Part shown: one piece after another, positions 1 to 8,751 of the stretch
Numbering within the stretch: position 1 is the first letter of the stretch
Layout of the letters: the number at the start of each line of letters is the position of its first letter
Virus record (IMG/VR): IMGVR_UViG_3300037424_001025
Coordinates: 1-26,191 of that record
Strand: one strand, 5' to 3'
Source of the DNA: a virus
Taxonomy: Duplodnaviria > Caudoviricetes
DNA: 26,191 nucleotides
Notes under the pieces: model-generated
Seen by the model: only the letters and a program-made list of their open reading frames with translations
Told to the model about the DNA's origin: nothing
Database searches by the model: none
Position numbers and translations under genes: made by a program

Positions 1-85
1 GTTCCCCTGCCGTGGTCTCGTCGTTGCCGTCCAGGGCCGCTCGCACCGCGTCCTGGTCGACGTCCGCCACGGAGAGGGCGGTCAT
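1..85 (-). CDS. Probable tail assembly chaperone, N-terminal part (runs off window)
   Basis: ATG at 85 overlaps the tail tube stop (ATGA) and reads MTALSVADVDQDAVRAALDGNDETTAGE. Function inferred from position only. Confidence 0.55.
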   Translation of the reverse strand, partial: MTALSVADVDQDAVRAALDGNDETTAGE

Positions 86-642
86 GCGTCGAGGTCGGTC
101 GCGGCCTCAAGGAGGCGGACGCGGATCATCGGGGCCGTGCCGTCGGGCTGGATGCCCTCCAGGTCCATGCTCGGCTGTCCGAAGTCGTCCGACTTCTGGC
201 CGAACAGGGTGCCGCCGGTGAGCTGGCACTTGTAGAGGATGACGTGCACCGTCGCGAGGCCGATGTCGAGGTCGTCGACCTTGAACTCGGCCTTGAAGGT
301 GGACAGCGGCGCCGGCGAGGACAGGTCCCAGCGGGCCTCTTCGCTGGAACCCGACCCGAGGTCGAACACCTGCCCACCGAGGATCACGCCGAGGACGTCG
401 AGCGACAGCTTGCCGTACGTGGCCTTGAGATTGAACCGGTCGACGCGGCCCTTCTTGGCGATGATGCGCGCGTCGCCCTTGAGTTCCTTCGTCACGAGGT
501 TCGGGTCGAGCCCCACCTCGGCGATGCCGGGGACGTCGACGGCGGCGCCGTACGTCGGCGATGCGCCCGTCGCGTCGGTCAACAGCGCGTAGACCTTGAA
601 GTCGTGGACGTCGTACAGGACGGTTTCGTGCGCGGCGGTCAT
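82..642 (-). CDS. Major tail (tube) protein
   Basis: 186 aa, beta-rich siphovirus tail-tube-like sequence (VDVPGIAEVGL, LKGDARII, VHVILYKCQ). RBS GAGGAGGAG. Follows the tail terminator gene. Confidence 0.85.
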   Translation of the reverse strand: MTAAHETVLYDVHDFKVYALLTDATGASPTYGAAVDVPGIAEVGLDPNLVTKELKGDARIIAKKGRVDRFNLKATYGKLSLDVLGVILGGQVFDLGSGSSEEARWDLSSPAPLSTFKAEFKVDDLDIGLATVHVILYKCQLTGGTLFGQKSDDFGQPSMDLEGIQPDGTAPMIRVRLLEAATDLDA

Positions 643-686
643 GCTGAGGCTCCTCCTCGGAGGCGGCGAGGTTGGCTTGGCTCACC

Positions 687-705
687 GGGTCAGCACCCGC
701 GCGAT
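687..705 (-). promoter_or_regulatory. Conserved 5' leader motif ATCGCGNGGGTGCTGACCC (tail tube mRNA)
   Basis: 18/19 identical to 10331-10349. GTGCTGA is complementary to TCAGCAT, which spans the start codon. Confidence 0.65.
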
Positions 706-713
706 TCCTGGGG

Positions 714-740
714 AGTATACGTCCAGGGGGCTAGACGGAT
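714..740 (-). promoter_or_regulatory. Putative late promoter: palindromic box ATCCGTCTAG-N4-CTGGACGTAT overlapping a TATACT -10
   Basis: Intergenic. Same box at 2527, 10361 and 14447. -10 at 714-719. Confidence 0.75.
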
Positions 741-749
741 TGCGGATGG

Positions 750-1145
750 TCAGGCGAGGGTGCTCACCGCGACCGTGAGGGCCGTGTGCACGAGACCCAC
801 CTCGAGATCGTCGATCTTCTGGCGATCCTCAACGGACGCTCGGAACGCTCGGGGCTCGCCGCCGGCCTGGGGGAGCACGGCACCGTCGATCGCGGCGACG
901 AGCTGGTCGGCGAGCGTCGGATCGAAGCCCTCGCCTTCCTCCTGCCAGACGTCGAGTTGCACGAGTCGCCGTCGCCCGATGATGCGCGCGTCGCCCTTGA
1001 GCTGCGGCACCTCAGAGATCGGGTCGACGAACACGCAGTACGGGAACGTGGCCTGCTCGGGCACGGACCCCTCGCGGTAGACGCGTTCGCCGAAGAGCGC
1101 CGTAGTGACGACCACCGAGCGGATGCGTCCGCCAACGGTCGTCAT
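750..1145 (-). CDS. Tail terminator protein (DUF3168/gp17-like)
   Basis: 131 aa with RVY..VPEQATFPYCVF and VQLDVW motifs. Directly upstream of the tail tube gene. Confidence 0.8.
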   Translation of the reverse strand: MTTVGGRIRSVVVTTALFGERVYREGSVPEQATFPYCVFVDPISEVPQLKGDARIIGRRRLVQLDVWQEEGEGFDPTLADQLVAAIDGAVLPQAGGEPRAFRASVEDRQKIDDLEVGLVHTALTVAVSTLA

Positions 1146-1603
1146 CCCTTACCTCCGAGGGATCGCACCGCGGCCCGTTGGCGTTCCACGATCTCGTCGA
1201 CGATGGTCTTCACGATCTGGGTGCGCGACTCCTCAATGCCGGGGCGGAGGTGTGGGCGGCGTGCCATCTGCCGTGTGCCGAACTCGAGCCAGGGGCCGCG
1301 CTTGTCGGGTGTGCCGACATCGACGTAGGGGTCTGCGGTGCCACCGCCGACCTTGAACACGAACGTCGAGCGGTACTTGCCGGTATCGACTGCGGGCGGC
1401 TGGCCGGGTGCGGAAGCACGGTGGCGGCCGTACACGCGGCCCGTGCCCGCCTGGGACAGCTTCCGCTTGATGTTGGTGACCACGAGCGCGCCGACCTTGT
1501 CCATCGCGGGAGGCCCGGCGGCGACGGTCGTGGAGAGCACCCGGTTGAGGTTCCGTGCCGCGGCCGCGAGCATCGCGGGCCCGTCGTCGAAGACCTGGTC
1601 CAT
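1142..1603 (-). CDS. HK97 gp10-like tail completion/neck protein
   Basis: HRASAPGQPPAVDTGKYR, WLEFGTRQMARRPHLRP motifs. ATG at 1603 overlaps the upstream stop (TGATG). Confidence 0.85.
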   Translation of the reverse strand: MDQVFDDGPAMLAAAARNLNRVLSTTVAAGPPAMDKVGALVVTNIKRKLSQAGTGRVYGRHRASAPGQPPAVDTGKYRSTFVFKVGGGTADPYVDVGTPDKRGPWLEFGTRQMARRPHLRPGIEESRTQIVKTIVDEIVERQRAAVRSLGGKG

Positions 1604-1929
1604 CAGTCCCTCACGATCCGGCGCAGGAAGGCACGCAGATGCTTGGGCGTGTGGTCGACGGCACCGATGGCCCATTCGCCGCCGAACCAGTCGTCCGTCT
1701 CCACGACAAGCAGGTCCGAGCCGAGCACCTCGACATCGAGGGGGATCCGCGCCACCGCGGTGACACCGGCGGCGAAACTCTGCGCGTGCGCGATCTCGCG
1801 GGCGCTCAGAGCAGCCAGGGAACCCCTCACGGGGACCAGCACCGGCGCACCGAGGACGACACCTCCCTCGGCGGAGACGCTGTCGATCGGGACCCGCTTG
1901 AGGAAGAACTCGTGGACTGCGTGGAGCAC
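1603..1929 (-). CDS. Head closure (stopper) / head-tail joining protein
   Basis: About 108 aa beta-rich ORF between adaptor and gp10-like genes. GTG start at 1929 chosen because the longer ORF overlaps the adaptor. Confidence 0.65.
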   Translation of the reverse strand: MLHAVHEFFLKRVPIDSVSAEGGVVLGAPVLVPVRGSLAALSAREIAHAQSFAAGVTAVARIPLDVEVLGSDLLVVETDDWFGGEWAIGAVDHTPKHLRAFLRRIVRD

Positions 1930-1933
1930 GGCG

Positions 1934-2509
1934 TCACCGGGCCCGTGGGCGTCGCGACGGCAGCGCGGCCTTGTCGGCGTCGCTGAGGACCATCTCGTCC
2001 GCGCCGAACTGCATGCTCGTGCCCTCCACGGAGAGGGTCCCGTCGATGCCGTGCGCGTCAGCGAGCACGCGTGCGGCGAAGTATCGAGCGGACGCCGACA
2101 GGATGACACCGCGCACCAACGCCAGGTCGACGTCGTCGAGGGCGCTCGTCGTGTAACTCACGCGCAGCGTCTCGCCCGTTTCGCCGCCGCGAAGCCCTTC
2201 CATGCCCCAGGTGCGGCGCGTGAACCAGCTCGGGTCGAGCACCGTGATCGTGATTCCGTCGATCGCGATGATCTCGATCGTGTCGATCGACTGCACCGGC
2301 TTGTGCCGGAAGAAGACGCGTTCCTGGCCGTACTCGAGGACGTGCTCCTCGGCGACGATCACCGTCTCGTCGAGAGACTTGCCGCGCAGGTGGCGTTGGA
2401 CCTGGGCGCTGTATGCGTCGATGATCGGCGAGGCCGCGGCTTGCTGGCCGATGGTGAAGGATCGGGCCATGAAGGACGCGAGCTCGTCGACGGTCGGCTT
2501 CCAGGCCAT
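1934..2509 (-). CDS. Head-tail adaptor (connector) protein
   Basis: 191 aa from MAWKPTVDEL, with PVQSIDTI and LRVSYT motifs typical of gp6/gp15-like adaptors. ATG lies 7 nt after a TACGCT -10. Confidence 0.75.
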   Translation of the reverse strand: MAWKPTVDELASFMARSFTIGQQAAASPIIDAYSAQVQRHLRGKSLDETVIVAEEHVLEYGQERVFFRHKPVQSIDTIEIIAIDGITITVLDPSWFTRRTWGMEGLRGGETGETLRVSYTTSALDDVDLALVRGVILSASARYFAARVLADAHGIDGTLSVEGTSMQFGADEMVLSDADKAALPSRRPRAR

Positions 2510-2516
2510 GCCGGGA

Positions 2517-2550
2517 AGCGTAGCCATTCCGTCTAGGAGAGTGGACGGAT
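2517..2550 (-). promoter_or_regulatory. Putative leaderless late promoter: palindromic box plus TACGCT -10
   Basis: Box 2527-2550, -10 at 2517-2522, ATG at 2509. Same geometry as 14437-14470. Confidence 0.7.
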
Positions 2551-3717
2551 GCTCGCGTATGCCTCGGCCCAGTCCTTCCAGCGCACGTCGATCGACCACA
2601 TCGCCTCGACGATCGCCCGGTTGGCGTCGGCGAGGATGCCCCGGTAGACGGGGTCGGTCAAGGCATCAAGGTGCGCGCGCCACTCGGCGCGGTCGTGCGC
2701 CAGCAGGCCGACGCCACTCAGTCGCGACAGCCGCTCGTACGCGGGCGACGCGGCGGCAACGAACGGCACCCCGGCCGCCGCATACTCGAGGCCCTTAATC
2801 GCGCTCTTCCCCCGGTTGAACGGCACGTCGTTCAACGGAACGAGACCGATATCGAGCATGCGGAATAGGACGGGGTAGTGGGAGATCGGCATCATCGGAG
2901 CGAAGATGCACTCGACCTTCTCGGGGTCGATCCCCGCGAGCAGGAACGCCGCGTCGGTGCCGATCCGATGGCCGCCCTGGAACCAGCGCGCACCGTTGTC
3001 GGTGCACCATGGCCCGATCATCCCACGGAGCGTTTCGAGGTCCCCGGAGCGGTATGACGTCGTGCCGATCCATCCGACCGTGAACGGGTCGTCGTCGCGC
3101 TCGTTCAGCTCCCATCGTTCGATGTCGAGGGCGTTCTCGAGCACGTAGGCCGGCGTTTCGATACCCGCGCCTGTGGAGAGCGCGTCCGCGAGCCAGTGCG
3201 TGGAGCACGTGATGGCGTCCGACGCGCGCAGCGCCTGCGCGTAGTGCACCCGGTTCACCTCGGGGTTCCTGCGCGGGTTGGTCTCGCGGTGAGCCTGGTT
3301 GCGGGTGTCGAGCCCGAAGAACCAGTCGTCGATGTCGTTCACCACGATCTGGCCGAGGGCCCGCGCGCGTCGGATCATGCCGGGGATCTCGACGTCCATG
3401 TAGCGGTGCAAGACGATCATGTCGCAGTCGTGATGCAGCGGCCCTGTGAGTTCGATCGGTGCGGTGCCGAGGCCGAACTGGGTGAGCGTCGGGTGCAGCT
3501 CGGGGATGATCGGCTCGTCAGGTGCCCATTCGCGGATGCAGAGGGTGCCGTCGGCCAGTGTCGCGAGTGTGCCGACGACGATCTCGTGATCGGACCAGCG
3601 CGCGAGGGCGTGCGCGGGGACGTCGATGCGGTAGTGGCCGGAGCCACCGAAGGTCGGGTTGCCGTGTTCGTTGCGGAACGCGGGCGTCATGTCCCTGGTG
3701 GTGAACCCGATCTTCAT
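2533..3717 (-). CDS. Glycosyltransferase, GT-B fold (GT4-like)
   Basis: GSGHYRI, DIDD, VGWIG, DIGLVPL..FNRGKSAIKGLEYAAAGVPFVA motifs. Confidence 0.9.
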   Translation of the reverse strand: MKIGFTTRDMTPAFRNEHGNPTFGGSGHYRIDVPAHALARWSDHEIVVGTLATLADGTLCIREWAPDEPIIPELHPTLTQFGLGTAPIELTGPLHHDCDMIVLHRYMDVEIPGMIRRARALGQIVVNDIDDWFFGLDTRNQAHRETNPRRNPEVNRVHYAQALRASDAITCSTHWLADALSTGAGIETPAYVLENALDIERWELNERDDDPFTVGWIGTTSYRSGDLETLRGMIGPWCTDNGARWFQGGHRIGTDAAFLLAGIDPEKVECIFAPMMPISHYPVLFRMLDIGLVPLNDVPFNRGKSAIKGLEYAAAGVPFVAAASPAYERLSRLSGVGLLAHDRAEWRAHLDALTDPVYRGILADANRAIVEAMWSIDVRWKDWAEAYASIRPLS

Positions 3718-4175
3718 GCGCGGCTCCCGATCTCGACGGATACCCAGCCTTCGGGGCGCTGGGCTTCGGGCAGGTCAGCGGTGAACGAGCAGCGCAACGG
3801 GAGCGGGCCCGGTTCGGAGCTCGGCGCGCGCCCATACCAGGGGAACCCGCGGCATATCGCTGGACGATCGTCGTGCGCAGTGCAGAGTCGCGTGTCGATG
3901 TCGAACTGGTCGCAGCGCAGGTGCGAGCCGTGGCTGGTGGTGGCGACAACCGTCCAGTGAACTTCGAGCCACACCGCCTCACGATGCGAGGTCCATATCG
4001 AGCGGGCGTCATCCCAGGCGGTGGGACCGCTCATGTCGTGCGTCGCGAGCCACCATTCCGGGTTCGTGTCGGGGTCGCGGAGATCGGCGACCGCTTGGGC
4101 GTGGATCTTCGCCTGCATCTCCGCGGACAGCGTCACGGGGTCGCAGCAGTCGCCGCAGCGCGAACACTCGGTCAT
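3714..4175 (-). CDS. YkgJ/FliB-like CxxCxxCC cysteine-cluster protein
   Basis: MTECSRCGDCC...CDQFD...LCTAHDDRPAICRGFP. ATG at 4175 overlaps the upstream stop. Confidence 0.85.
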   Translation of the reverse strand: MTECSRCGDCCDPVTLSAEMQAKIHAQAVADLRDPDTNPEWWLATHDMSGPTAWDDARSIWTSHREAVWLEVHWTVVATTSHGSHLRCDQFDIDTRLCTAHDDRPAICRGFPWYGRAPSSEPGPLPLRCSFTADLPEAQRPEGWVSVEIGSRA

Positions 4176-4867
4176 CGGCCCCACTTCGCGAGACACGCTG
4201 CCATGTCGGCCGCTTTCTGCGCGCCGAGGTCGTGGTGGCGGGCGGTGCCCTCGTTGAGGTGGTCGATACCGAGGCCGACGACACGGACCTGCTTGCCGCC
4301 GCGCGCCTCGACCTCGAAGGCGATGTCGTCGTCGCCGCACCACCACTCGAGCCGCGGGTCGACGAGCGGCGCCCAGGCGACCTTCGCGGCCTTGAGCATG
4401 AAGCAGAAGCCGCTCATGCCCCCGTGGCGGTACGTGCCGTGCGTCTCGCGCAGCGATCTGGGCTCCCAGCACTGGAGGGTGCTGCGGTCGTAGTCCGGGT
4501 AGGCGATCCAGTAGTCCTCGGCCGCGGAGAGGGCGACGTTGAGCTGGTCGATCGTCTCCCGGGCGAGCATGAGATCGTTGTTCAGGAACGCGACGTGGCC
4601 GGCCCCGCGACCCCGGGCCAGGTGGAACCCCTCGCTCCACATCTCGTAGATGCCGTAGCCGTCTGCCCGCATGGGGTGGAACCGTGCGTCACGCTGAAAG
4701 ACGCGCCGGAGGTACTCGTCGGTGCCGTCCGTCGACCCGTTGTCGAAGATCCAGCACCTCTCCCATCCTCCCTGCTGGGACCGTTGCTCCAGGATGCTCG
4801 CGGTGAGGGAGAGCTGGTCGCGGACGGGCAGGACGATGTGCGCGAGGGGGATCTCTGGGTTCACCAT
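4172..4867 (-). CDS. Glycosyltransferase family 2
   Basis: IVLPV, FDNGSTDGT, VAFLNNDL, GFCFML, WWCGDDD motifs. Confidence 0.9.
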   Translation of the reverse strand: MVNPEIPLAHIVLPVRDQLSLTASILEQRSQQGGWERCWIFDNGSTDGTDEYLRRVFQRDARFHPMRADGYGIYEMWSEGFHLARGRGAGHVAFLNNDLMLARETIDQLNVALSAAEDYWIAYPDYDRSTLQCWEPRSLRETHGTYRHGGMSGFCFMLKAAKVAWAPLVDPRLEWWCGDDDIAFEVEARGGKQVRVVGLGIDHLNEGTARHHDLGAQKAADMAACLAKWGR

Positions 4868-5433
4868 CGTGATGGCAGGCCCCCGGTATTGGAGCTGTCG
4901 TGGTGCCATGCCCAGGTGCGTTCATGCAGGTGCGCGAACCGCGCGCCGGCGGCGTCCAGCGCCTTCCAGAACGCCCAGTCCTCACCAGCGCCGACCCTGT
5001 TGTGCGGGTCCGGGCCGGGCGGGAAGCCACCGACGTTGAGCGCCCATCCGCGTCGGACGAGCGTCGTGATCGGGAACGAGTGCGGGACGAGCGGATCCCA
5101 GTCTCGATGCTCGAACTCGGGGAACGGGTCATCGCCACCGACGACGTCGAACCAGGGCCACACGACATCCGCGTCCGTCTCGACCTGGCAGGCGACGAGC
5201 CGCTCGAGGTGTTGGGGGTACAGCTCGTCGTCGTCGTCGAGGAAGGCGACCCAGTCGGTCTCGGCGCGGAAGAGCGCCGCGTTCCTCGTCGCTGCAGCTC
5301 CGCGCTTGTCGTAGTCGGTCGCGATCTCGATGGCGACCGCGGGGAAGGTCTGCGCGTGCACCGAGGCCAGCGCGCGCTCGAGGAGCTTCGTGCGGGGCGG
5401 AATCGTCGGGATGCAGACCGTGATGAGGTGCAT
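4861..5433 (-). CDS. Glycosyltransferase family 2
   Basis: ITVCIPT, ALASVHAQT, GAAATRN, VAFLDDDD, GEDWAFW motifs. Confidence 0.9.
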   Translation of the reverse strand: MHLITVCIPTIPPRTKLLERALASVHAQTFPAVAIEIATDYDKRGAAATRNAALFRAETDWVAFLDDDDELYPQHLERLVACQVETDADVVWPWFDVVGGDDPFPEFEHRDWDPLVPHSFPITTLVRRGWALNVGGFPPGPDPHNRVGAGEDWAFWKALDAAGARFAHLHERTWAWHHDSSNTGGLPSRW

Positions 5434-5888
5434 CACCGCGGTGTCCCGCGCCAGTGGATCTCCCACCCGTTGCGCACTTCAAGCTCGAGCGTCTCCCACG
5501 GACGGATGCCATAGTCGGCGTTCGGCGCGAACGACCCGTCGAGATACGCGAACGATTCCGGCACCCAGAACGAGACGTGTGTTGGGTCGGCGATCGCCCA
5601 CCAGCCGAGCATCTCCCCGGGACCGCGCGCGACCGCGCCAGGGACGATGACCTCGAACGTCCCGCCCGGCACGAGCACGCGGTGCGCTTCGTTGAACACG
5701 GCGATGCGTTCGGCGCCGGCAGGGATGTGCTCCATGACGTGCGACGCGCGGATGCTGCTCACGCTGCCGTCAGGTGCGGGCCAGGGGAGCTGCTGTGCGT
5801 ACCGCAGCCAGTCGCCGTCGCCATGCACCGGGTCGAGGTTGATCCAGTCGGACGGGCAGAGCGTTCCTCCTCCGATTTCGAGCTTCAT
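5433..5888 (-). CDS. Class I SAM-dependent methyltransferase (Methyltransf_11-like)
   Basis: LEIGGG motif I, LPW.., SHVMEHI, EAHRVLVPGG, DPTH motifs. Confidence 0.88.
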   Translation of the reverse strand: MKLEIGGGTLCPSDWINLDPVHGDGDWLRYAQQLPWPAPDGSVSSIRASHVMEHIPAGAERIAVFNEAHRVLVPGGTFEVIVPGAVARGPGEMLGWWAIADPTHVSFWVPESFAYLDGSFAPNADYGIRPWETLELEVRNGWEIHWRGTPR

Positions 5889-6121
5889 GGGGTCTCCAGC
5901 ATCGCTTGGGGGTATTCCGGGTCGGTCTTCGTGAGCGCGAGCCGCCGCTCGGCGTCGCGTACCGCTGCGTGGGGCGTGCGACCCGCTCCAACGAGGCGCG
6001 GTCGCTCCCCGACGAACTCAACCATCACGCGCCATCCAAGACGGGTGAACCCGACCCACACGAAGATGGAGTTGGTCTGCTCGCGGAGGCGTCTCACGCG
6101 TTGTTGCAGCCCGACGTTCAT
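5885..6121 (-). CDS. Hypothetical protein (78 aa)
   Basis: ATGA overlaps at both ends. Starts MNVGLQQRV. Confidence 0.65.
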   Translation of the reverse strand: MNVGLQQRVRRLREQTNSIFVWVGFTRLGWRVMVEFVGERPRLVGAGRTPHAAVRDAERRLALTKTDPEYPQAMLETP

Positions 6122-6792
6122 CCGTGCCTCCCGGAGGGCTTGTGCAAGAGCCAGGGGTTCTCCATGTGGTTCCCTGGCAGGGTGATGGGTCGGAGGCCGG
6201 TGAACCAGAGCGCGGGCGGTTCCGACACCTGGTCCTGGTACGACCGGTACGTGCACGCGAGGAGCCACAATTCGCCGAAGACGCGGACCTCCGGCGTGTG
6301 CCGGCGTGCGATCACTCCCGTCGCCCAGAGGCCCCAGTGCGCAGGGAAGCCCCACACATCTCGATACACGGCCGCCTGCTCGTCGAGCGGCTCGTCGGCA
6401 TACCGGGCGAGGGTCGACGAGAACGCGGCCTCGTCGAGAGCGCAGTCACGCCATGGATGCACAAACTGGGCGATCGGCGCCGCGTAGCTCAACACGTCAG
6501 CGACGAACAGCGCGGACGTGACCTGGTAGGACGCGTCGATCCACACCGACGCGTCGGCGTCCGTGTAGGCCCAGGGCAACATCTTCGGTGTCTTCGCCGC
6601 CCGGTTGGGATGCACACCCGGGGCCGGCTCGTACACGATCCGCCAGCCGAGAGGGTCGACCGTCCCGGAGCCGAGCCCGGGGTCGTCGGTGACGCACACC
6701 CAGTCGATCTCGTGGCCGTAGGTCTCCCGCTGGTCGCAGGTCGGTTTCAGCTCGTCGTAGTGATCGAAGATGGCGGTGACGACCGCGATCAT
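6118..6792 (-). CDS. DUF616 (TOD1/MUCI70-like) glycosyltransferase
   Basis: VVTAIFDHYDEL, WVCVTDD, KMLPW, SVWIDAS, HPWRDC..DEA, DQVS motifs. Confidence 0.85.
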   Translation of the reverse strand: MIAVVTAIFDHYDELKPTCDQRETYGHEIDWVCVTDDPGLGSGTVDPLGWRIVYEPAPGVHPNRAAKTPKMLPWAYTDADASVWIDASYQVTSALFVADVLSYAAPIAQFVHPWRDCALDEAAFSSTLARYADEPLDEQAAVYRDVWGFPAHWGLWATGVIARRHTPEVRVFGELWLLACTYRSYQDQVSEPPALWFTGLRPITLPGNHMENPWLLHKPSGRHG

Positions 6793-7655
6793 GCGACCGC
6801 TGCATTGCCGTACACCGCTTCGTGGACGCCACGGTATCCATGGACCACCTCGTCGAACAGGTCCCGCGTCGGATCCGGGAACAGGGGACCGAAGTTCTCG
6901 GCCTTCAACCTCGTGCCAGGCGTCTCGCCGTCGCGCATCGGGAGGAACTCAACCAGGCCGCAGCCAGTGATCTCGCCGACCGCACGAGCGACGTCGAGCA
7001 CGGCCTGCTCGCGGCCGGACCCGCAGTCCCACGTCTGGCAACCCCCGAACGACGTGGTGCCCCCGACCGACTGCGTCGCCGCGTACACGAGGCTCTGTGC
7101 GACGTGCTCGACGTGCACGAGGTCGACGGACTGCTGGCCGTCGCCCCACACCGGCATCGGCAGGCGCGCCCACGAACGCGCGGCGAAGGTCGGAATGATC
7201 TTCTGCGGGTGCCCTGGGCCGTACGACTGGCCGACGCCGTAGACGTTGAACGTACGCAGATGCGTCACCGGGAGCCGGTACGCTTCGTGGAAGCACCCAG
7301 CGAGCCGCACGCCAGCCAGCTTCGTCGCCTGGTATGGCGAGCCCTTCCACACGTCGGGCATCGAGATCCCGATGTAGTGCGCTCCCGCCTCGGTCGCGGC
7401 CTCGAGCACCCGAACCGTCCCGCGGATGTTGACGTCTATCGCGTCGTCCAGCGTCGCGAGCAGTTCGCTCGTGCCGAGCACTCCCGCGAGATGGACGACC
7501 GCGTCCGCGCCGACGAACACGGCGCCGGTGGCAGAGTCGCGGATGTCGTAGCCAGCGGCCCGGTCGACGGCGACCATCTCGTGACCTTGCCGTGCGCCTT
7601 CCGCCATGACGGCACGGCCGATGAATCCGCTGGACCCAGTGACGACGACGCGCAC
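6789..7655 (-). CDS. NAD-dependent nucleotide-sugar epimerase/dehydratase
   Basis: VVVTGSSGFIG Rossmann motif, HLAG, YQATK catalytic YxxxK, RTFNVYG, GDGQQSVDLVHV. Confidence 0.92.
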   Translation of the reverse strand: MRVVVTGSSGFIGRAVMAEGARQGHEMVAVDRAAGYDIRDSATGAVFVGADAVVHLAGVLGTSELLATLDDAIDVNIRGTVRVLEAATEAGAHYIGISMPDVWKGSPYQATKLAGVRLAGCFHEAYRLPVTHLRTFNVYGVGQSYGPGHPQKIIPTFAARSWARLPMPVWGDGQQSVDLVHVEHVAQSLVYAATQSVGGTTSFGGCQTWDCGSGREQAVLDVARAVGEITGCGLVEFLPMRDGETPGTRLKAENFGPLFPDPTRDLFDEVVHGYRGVHEAVYGNAAVA

Positions 7656-7656
7656 G

Positions 7657-8406
7657 TCAGCCCTCCTCGTCCTCTTCGGCCTTGCTCTTCTTGACCTGCA
7701 CGGGATCGAACCAGCGGACCGGCATCACAGCGCCGATCACGTCCGGGTTCGATTCGGTCACCGAGACGCGGGTCATGTGCTCGGAGCCCGACATCTCCCA
7801 GCGGATCGGCCGGTTCTCGTGGTACTTGCCGAGCTTCGCGAGCCGTCCGATCACCTCGGGGTTGAGCCCGATGACCTTCGTGTTCTTCGGCGTGAACGGC
7901 TCGAACAGCTTGGCGTAGTGCGGCCAGTCGCCTTCGTACGTCGGGAGGAGCAACGACTCGTGGTCGGGGATCTCGAACGACAGCGCGGCGGCTTCCATGC
8001 CGTCGAAGCCGGCCTGGTCGCCGTTGGGCATGATCGTCAGCGCAGCGAGCATGTCGATCGACGGGGGGACGACGTCCTTCGTCGGCTTCGTCGCGGCGAG
8101 CACGTACGTCATCAGCGACGCGGCTCTGCCCATGGTGTCGATCACGGTCACCGCGTCGATGGGCTCGTGGTGCAGTTCCGGTTCCTCGTCCGGCTCACCT
8201 GATGCCGGTACCCAGCAGTACAGGAGCATGTAGCTGTCGGTCGCGATGAGGCGCAGCCCGGATGGGTACACCTCGACGCGCACCGTCTTGAAAAGCTGCG
8301 GTCGGTCGGGTTCCCGCCCGGAAGCGAGCGCGACGCTCATCCACGCGGTGGCGAGCGTTCTGCCGTCCACCTTGGTCACGAGCGTCTGCTCGAGTCCATC
8401 AGTCAT
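7657..8406 (-). CDS. DNA polymerase III beta-clamp-like protein (two-domain)
   Basis: LRLIATDSYML, EGDWPHYAKLF, IGLNP, GAVMPVR match DnaN domain 2/3 motifs. RBS GAGGA before ATG at 8406. Confidence 0.7.
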   Translation of the reverse strand: MTDGLEQTLVTKVDGRTLATAWMSVALASGREPDRPQLFKTVRVEVYPSGLRLIATDSYMLLYCWVPASGEPDEEPELHHEPIDAVTVIDTMGRAASLMTYVLAATKPTKDVVPPSIDMLAALTIMPNGDQAGFDGMEAAALSFEIPDHESLLLPTYEGDWPHYAKLFEPFTPKNTKVIGLNPEVIGRLAKLGKYHENRPIRWEMSGSEHMTRVSVTESNPDVIGAVMPVRWFDPVQVKKSKAEEDEEG

Positions 8407-8413
8407 CGCGTCC

Positions 8414-8743
8414 TCATTTCGTCTCGGTGGGGTGGGGGTCGTGCGACTCGATCGCCAAGATGCCCACACGGCGTGCCTCGTCGGGCGTGATGCGATCACC
8501 AGGCCGGTAGAGGAGGCGGCTGCCGCTGGTGGGTCTGCCGTACGGATCGAAGTGCGGCACCCAGACCTCGCGGTCGACGAGCACGCTCGCCTCGGGGGAA
8601 GGTCCGGCGAGGTGGCCGAACCGCGGGATCGGCTCGGGGGAGAGCGGCTGGTCCGGCGGCGTCGCGTGGAGGCTCGTACAGATCGTCAGCGGTAGCCCGC
8701 AGGCCGGGCAGTCGGGGGTCTCTTCAACGAACGGCTCGGGCAT
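8414..8743 (-). CDS. Hypothetical protein (109 aa, CxxC)
   Basis: Starts MPEPFVEETPDCPACG. ATG lies 8 nt after a -10 element, so probably leaderless. Confidence 0.65.
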   Translation of the reverse strand: MPEPFVEETPDCPACGLPLTICTSLHATPPDQPLSPEPIPRFGHLAGPSPEASVLVDREVWVPHFDPYGRPTSGSRLLYRPGDRITPDEARRVGILAIESHDPHPTETK

Positions 8744-8751
8744 CGCGGTGC

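Noticed and set aside
459-1001. 25-nt repeat as a DGR template/variable pair or att site
   Set aside because: Too short, no adenine-specific mismatches, both copies are in-frame coding, and no RT or integrase is present in the window.
4176-4640. N-terminal extension of the 308-aa ORF
   Set aside because: Alternative-frame read of the GT2 gene. The Cys-cluster protein starts at 4175.
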